The notes under the pieces are model-generated. The model was not told the DNA's origin, searched no databases, and saw only the letters and a program-made list of their open reading frames with translations. The position numbers and the translations under genes were made by a program. DNA of 41,626 nt from Polynucleobacter sp. Lineage in GTDB: Bacteria > Pseudomonadota > Gammaproteobacteria > Burkholderiales > Burkholderiaceae. The stretch is from the NCBI GenBank assembly GCA_044379065.1, contig JBIPON010000001.1, positions 1-41,626 on the forward strand, written 5' to 3'. Shown here in pieces: positions 38,482 through 41,626 of the stretch; the stretch's first letter is position 1, and each line of letters starts with the position of its first letter.

Positions 38482-40056
38482 ATGGACCAAAAGGTCGATC
38501 GTTTTAAGATACCCGAGCTGGCTGTTATAGGCGGCGCTAAAAAGACAGGGGCTCGGGCCATTGTGATTGGCAGTGGCTTTGGCGGCTTAGCGGCTGCCAT
38601 TCGACTCGCTGTGAAGGGGTACGAGGTCACGGTACTGGAGCGCCTCGATTCGCCTGGCGGACGTGCCTATGTGCATCGCCGCAATGGCTACACATTTGAT
38701 GCGGGCCCCACCATCATCACTGCTCCATTTCTGCTGGAAGAGTTGTGGACCTTATGTGGTCGCGACATGAAAGACGATATCGATCTGCGTTTAATGGATC
38801 CGTTTTATCAGGTTCGCTTTGCCGATGGGCGAATTTTTCATTACACCGGCGACCCAGAAAAAATGCGAGCTGAGGTGGCTAGGTTTGAACCATCCGATCT
38901 GCCCGGCTATGAGCGCTTTTTAGAAGAAGCGGAAAAATGCTACAAGTTGGGTTTTGAGGAGTTGGGTGATTTCTGCTTTCAGACCTTAGGGGATTTGGCG
39001 AAGGCCTTCCCAAGTCTAGTCAAGATGCGCGCATGGAATAATTTGTATTCATTAGTTGCAAAACACATTAAGAATCCACAGCTGCGTGAAGTAATGAGTT
39101 TTCACCCGCTGCTGATTGGGGGCAATCCCTTCTCGGTAACAGCAGTCTATTCTCTGATCAATGCCTTGGAGCGTAAATGGGGTGTGCATTCAGTCATGGG
39201 TGGCACAGGTAAGTTAATACAGGGACTGGTGAAGTTATTGAACGAGCAGGGTGTTGAGGTTCGCTACAACTCTACTGTCCGTAAGATAAACATCGAAAAC
39301 AATCAAGTCACTGGCGTTACATTGGAAAATGGCCAAGTGCTGTATTCTGATTTAGTGGTGTCCAACGCCGATACTGCTTGGACCTATAAAAATTTGGTTG
39401 ATGCTAAATACCGCAAAGTGTGGACCGATAAGAAGGTCGATAACGGCAAGTACTCCATGAGCTTATTTGTTTGGTACTTTGGAACCAAGAAAAAATACCC
39501 TGAAATACCGCACCACATGATGCTTTTAGGTGAGCGCTATAAAACACTGCTTGATGATATTTTTAAAAAGCATCATTTGGCAAAAGACTTTAGTTTGTAC
39601 TTGCATCGCCCCACTGCAACCGACCCATCGATGGCGCCCGAGGGCTGCGATACCTTTTATGTTTTGTCGCCAGTGCCCCATTTGGATAGCGGCACCGACT
39701 GGCAGGTAGTGGCAGAGTCGTATCGTCAAGCCATAGCCAATATGCTGGAAAGTATAGTGATGCCCGATTTGCAAGCCAATATCACTGAGTCATTCATGAT
39801 GACGCCGCAGGACTTTAAAGACCGTTTGCTCTCGCATAAAGGCGCTGCATTTGGTCTTGAGCCATTACTCACGCAGAGTGCGTGGTTTAGGCCACACAAC
39901 CGCAGCGAAGACATTGCTGGCCTTTACATGGTTGGCGCAAGCACCCATCCAGGCGCTGGCATTCCAGGTGTTTTATCTTCGGCTAAGGCATTGGATTCAG
40001 TCATAGAGCCCGTAGTCAATACCTATTTAAATCAGGCCGGACATGCAGCAACTTAA
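38482..40056 (+). CDS. crtI: Phytoene desaturase
   Basis: IGSGFGGLAAAIRL, FDAGPTIIT, SLYLHRPTATD, QSAWFRPHN and VGASTHPGAGIPGV. Confidence 0.96.
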   Translation: MDQKVDRFKIPELAVIGGAKKTGARAIVIGSGFGGLAAAIRLAVKGYEVTVLERLDSPGGRAYVHRRNGYTFDAGPTIITAPFLLEELWTLCGRDMKDDIDLRLMDPFYQVRFADGRIFHYTGDPEKMRAEVARFEPSDLPGYERFLEEAEKCYKLGFEELGDFCFQTLGDLAKAFPSLVKMRAWNNLYSLVAKHIKNPQLREVMSFHPLLIGGNPFSVTAVYSLINALERKWGVHSVMGGTGKLIQGLVKLLNEQGVEVRYNSTVRKINIENNQVTGVTLENGQVLYSDLVVSNADTAWTYKNLVDAKYRKVWTDKKVDNGKYSMSLFVWYFGTKKKYPEIPHHMMLLGERYKTLLDDIFKKHHLAKDFSLYLHRPTATDPSMAPEGCDTFYVLSPVPHLDSGTDWQVVAESYRQAIANMLESIVMPDLQANITESFMMTPQDFKDRLLSHKGAAFGLEPLLTQSAWFRPHNRSEDIAGLYMVGASTHPGAGIPGVLSSAKALDSVIEPVVNTYLNQAGHAAT

Positions 40057-41128
40057 TACCGTCCGTGCCATTACTGCTGAATTTGGCTTTCAGTTGGATT
40101 TGCGTACTTGCACAGAGCTCATGAAAGATGGATCTAAATCATTTTTTGCCGCCTCAAAAATTCTGCCAAGCAACATTCGGAGTTCGGCAACTGCTTTGTA
40201 TGCCTTTTGCCGACTATTGGATGACTTGGTAGACGATCAGAATGCTAGCGCTGATGTGATTCCCCAAATCCAAGAGCGACTCGCTCGAATTTACAAGCAA
40301 GATCCGATTGATGTACCTGCGGATCGTGCCCTGGCATTGGTAGTAGAGCGATTTGGTATCCCGAAGATTTTGCTGGAGGCCTTAATTGAGGGATTCGAGT
40401 GGGATCGCGATGGCCGTCGCTATGAAACCATCGAAGATTTACAGGCCTATGGCGCTCGCGTTGCTTCTACGGTTGGGGTCATGATGACTCTGATCATGGG
40501 TGTGCGTGATCCAGTTGTTCTGCAGCGTGCTTGTGAGTTGGGTTTGGCGATGCAATTAACCAATATTGCACGCGATGTAGGTGAAGATGCCCGCAATGGT
40601 CGCCTGTATTTGCCCCGCAGCTGGATGCGCGAAGCCGGAATCGATCCCGATACATGGCTCAAGGATCCGGTATTCAGTGAAGCGCTTGGTAGTGTTGTAT
40701 CGCGTTTATTAAAGACGGCGGATGCGATGTATCAGCGCTCCATTGCTGGAGTTGCTGGGCTACCCCGTAATTGCCGCGCGGCTATTTCTGCCGCGCGTTT
40801 AATTTATTGCGAAATCGGTCGTGAAGTTGAGCGCCGGGGTATGAATTCAATCAATCACCGTGCAGTAGTGCCATTCTCCAAAAAATTGCTATTGATGGGT
40901 CAGGCCTTTATGGCTGGCATTTATAGCCCTAAATTAAATGCAACACTCGAGCCAATTGCAGAACTGCAGTTCTTGGTAGAAGCCGTTTTACCCAATGATC
41001 CGCATGCCCATTACGAGGGCTCAATTGAGGATCGCATGATTTGGGTGATTAACTTAATGGAGCGCGTAGAGCGCCGCCGCATTCAAAACTACGATGCCTT
41101 TATGCAGCCAGAAAAGGCTGCCGCTTAA
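40043..41128 (+). CDS. crtB: Phytoene synthase
   Basis: GSKSFFAAS, LYAFCRLLDDLVD and LAMQLTNIARDVGEDA..GRLYLP. Confidence 0.96.
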   Translation: MQQLNTVRAITAEFGFQLDLRTCTELMKDGSKSFFAASKILPSNIRSSATALYAFCRLLDDLVDDQNASADVIPQIQERLARIYKQDPIDVPADRALALVVERFGIPKILLEALIEGFEWDRDGRRYETIEDLQAYGARVASTVGVMMTLIMGVRDPVVLQRACELGLAMQLTNIARDVGEDARNGRLYLPRSWMREAGIDPDTWLKDPVFSEALGSVVSRLLKTADAMYQRSIAGVAGLPRNCRAAISAARLIYCEIGREVERRGMNSINHRAVVPFSKKLLLMGQAFMAGIYSPKLNATLEPIAELQFLVEAVLPNDPHAHYEGSIEDRMIWVINLMERVERRRIQNYDAFMQPEKAAA

Positions 41129-41156
41129 ATCGACTAGACGACCTGAGCAGCGCGTT

Positions 41157-41626
41157 TTAGGAAAACATCCTCGGTATGCGTGGCATACGCCATGGCAACA
41201 TCAGTTGGGTACTGGTGGCTACAAGGCGCGGTACGTTGAGTGTTTCATGCATCGATGTGACCTTTTCTCCAAGTAAAGTCGACTGCAAAATCGAGCGCGC
41301 ATAAAAGGGCGTATCTTCGAGGAGTTGGCTAGTGCTAGCCTGGGTATTAGGATCCGTGCGCATGTGGCGCTGAATGCGCCAACCGGTTTTCTTGAGGGCT
41401 TGGCGTGCTGGAGCCTCAAATGGCTCCACACTGCCATCGGGCTTAAAGCGCATTGCAATGAGTCGCTCAACCCCTGATTTTTGGCGGACATCGTAAATCA
41501 CTGCAGTACTACCGTCTTTCATAGCAGCGCGTGACCAATCCCATTCGGTAAACGGGACGCTGATCGCCTCATCTCCTTCGTTCGAATCAAAGTAGGCGTG
41601 CCCTTGCCAGCTCAGTTTAGGGTGAT
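41157..41626 (-). CDS. crtC: Carotenoid 1,2-hydratase, C-terminal part (start lies beyond window)
   Basis: Frame open to the window end: WQGHAYFDSNEG..WDWSR..LEDTPFYARS..HETL..MLPWRMPR. Confidence 0.92.
   Translation of the reverse strand, partial: HPKLSWQGHAYFDSNEGDEAISVPFTEWDWSRAAMKDGSTAVIYDVRQKSGVERLIAMRFKPDGSVEPFEAPARQALKKTGWRIQRHMRTDPNTQASTSQLLEDTPFYARSILQSTLLGEKVTSMHETLNVPRLVATSTQLMLPWRMPRIPRMFS

Noticed and set aside
1-41626. CRISPR arrays, tRNA/rRNA, IS elements, integrases
   Set aside because: None recognised by eye; the other short track ORFs overlap assigned genes and are treated as shadows

Overview
Bacterial chromosome segment, most consistent with a streamlined freshwater betaproteobacterium (Polynucleobacter-like; inferred from gene content, not verified). 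The left ~23 kb holds housekeeping and accessory genes: the N-terminus of a rubrerythrin, an acyltransferase, apt plus a nucleosidase, a cluster of small stress-associated genes, a K+ channel, an FKBP, monomeric icd, a CzcCBA-type RND efflux operon ending in a PII-like gene, USP, hydrolases, cidA/lrgB, a pcaD-Bug-amidohydrolase unit and a SOUL heme-binding protein. The right ~18 kb is part of an anoxygenic photosynthesis gene cluster: bchID, inverted bchO, crtE-crtF-bchCXYZ-pufB-orf73-pufA-pufLMC-crtI-crtB, and a partial convergent crtC. pufB, pufA and several small ORFs are missing from the ORF track and were read by hand. Main observations: (1) a yybP-ykoY (Mn2+-sensing) riboswitch-like leader with a competing terminator directly upstream of the RND-PII operon, suggesting a manganese-induced trans-envelope exporter; (2) a 73-aa membrane ORF between pufB and pufA; (3) a 44-aa single-TM ORF behind bchO; (4) two photosynthesis promoters with identical tandem PpsR-box architecture and a shared CTAAGGGT 8-mer at the same offset; (5) an NtrC-like palindrome plus a sigma54-like promoter upstream of icd.
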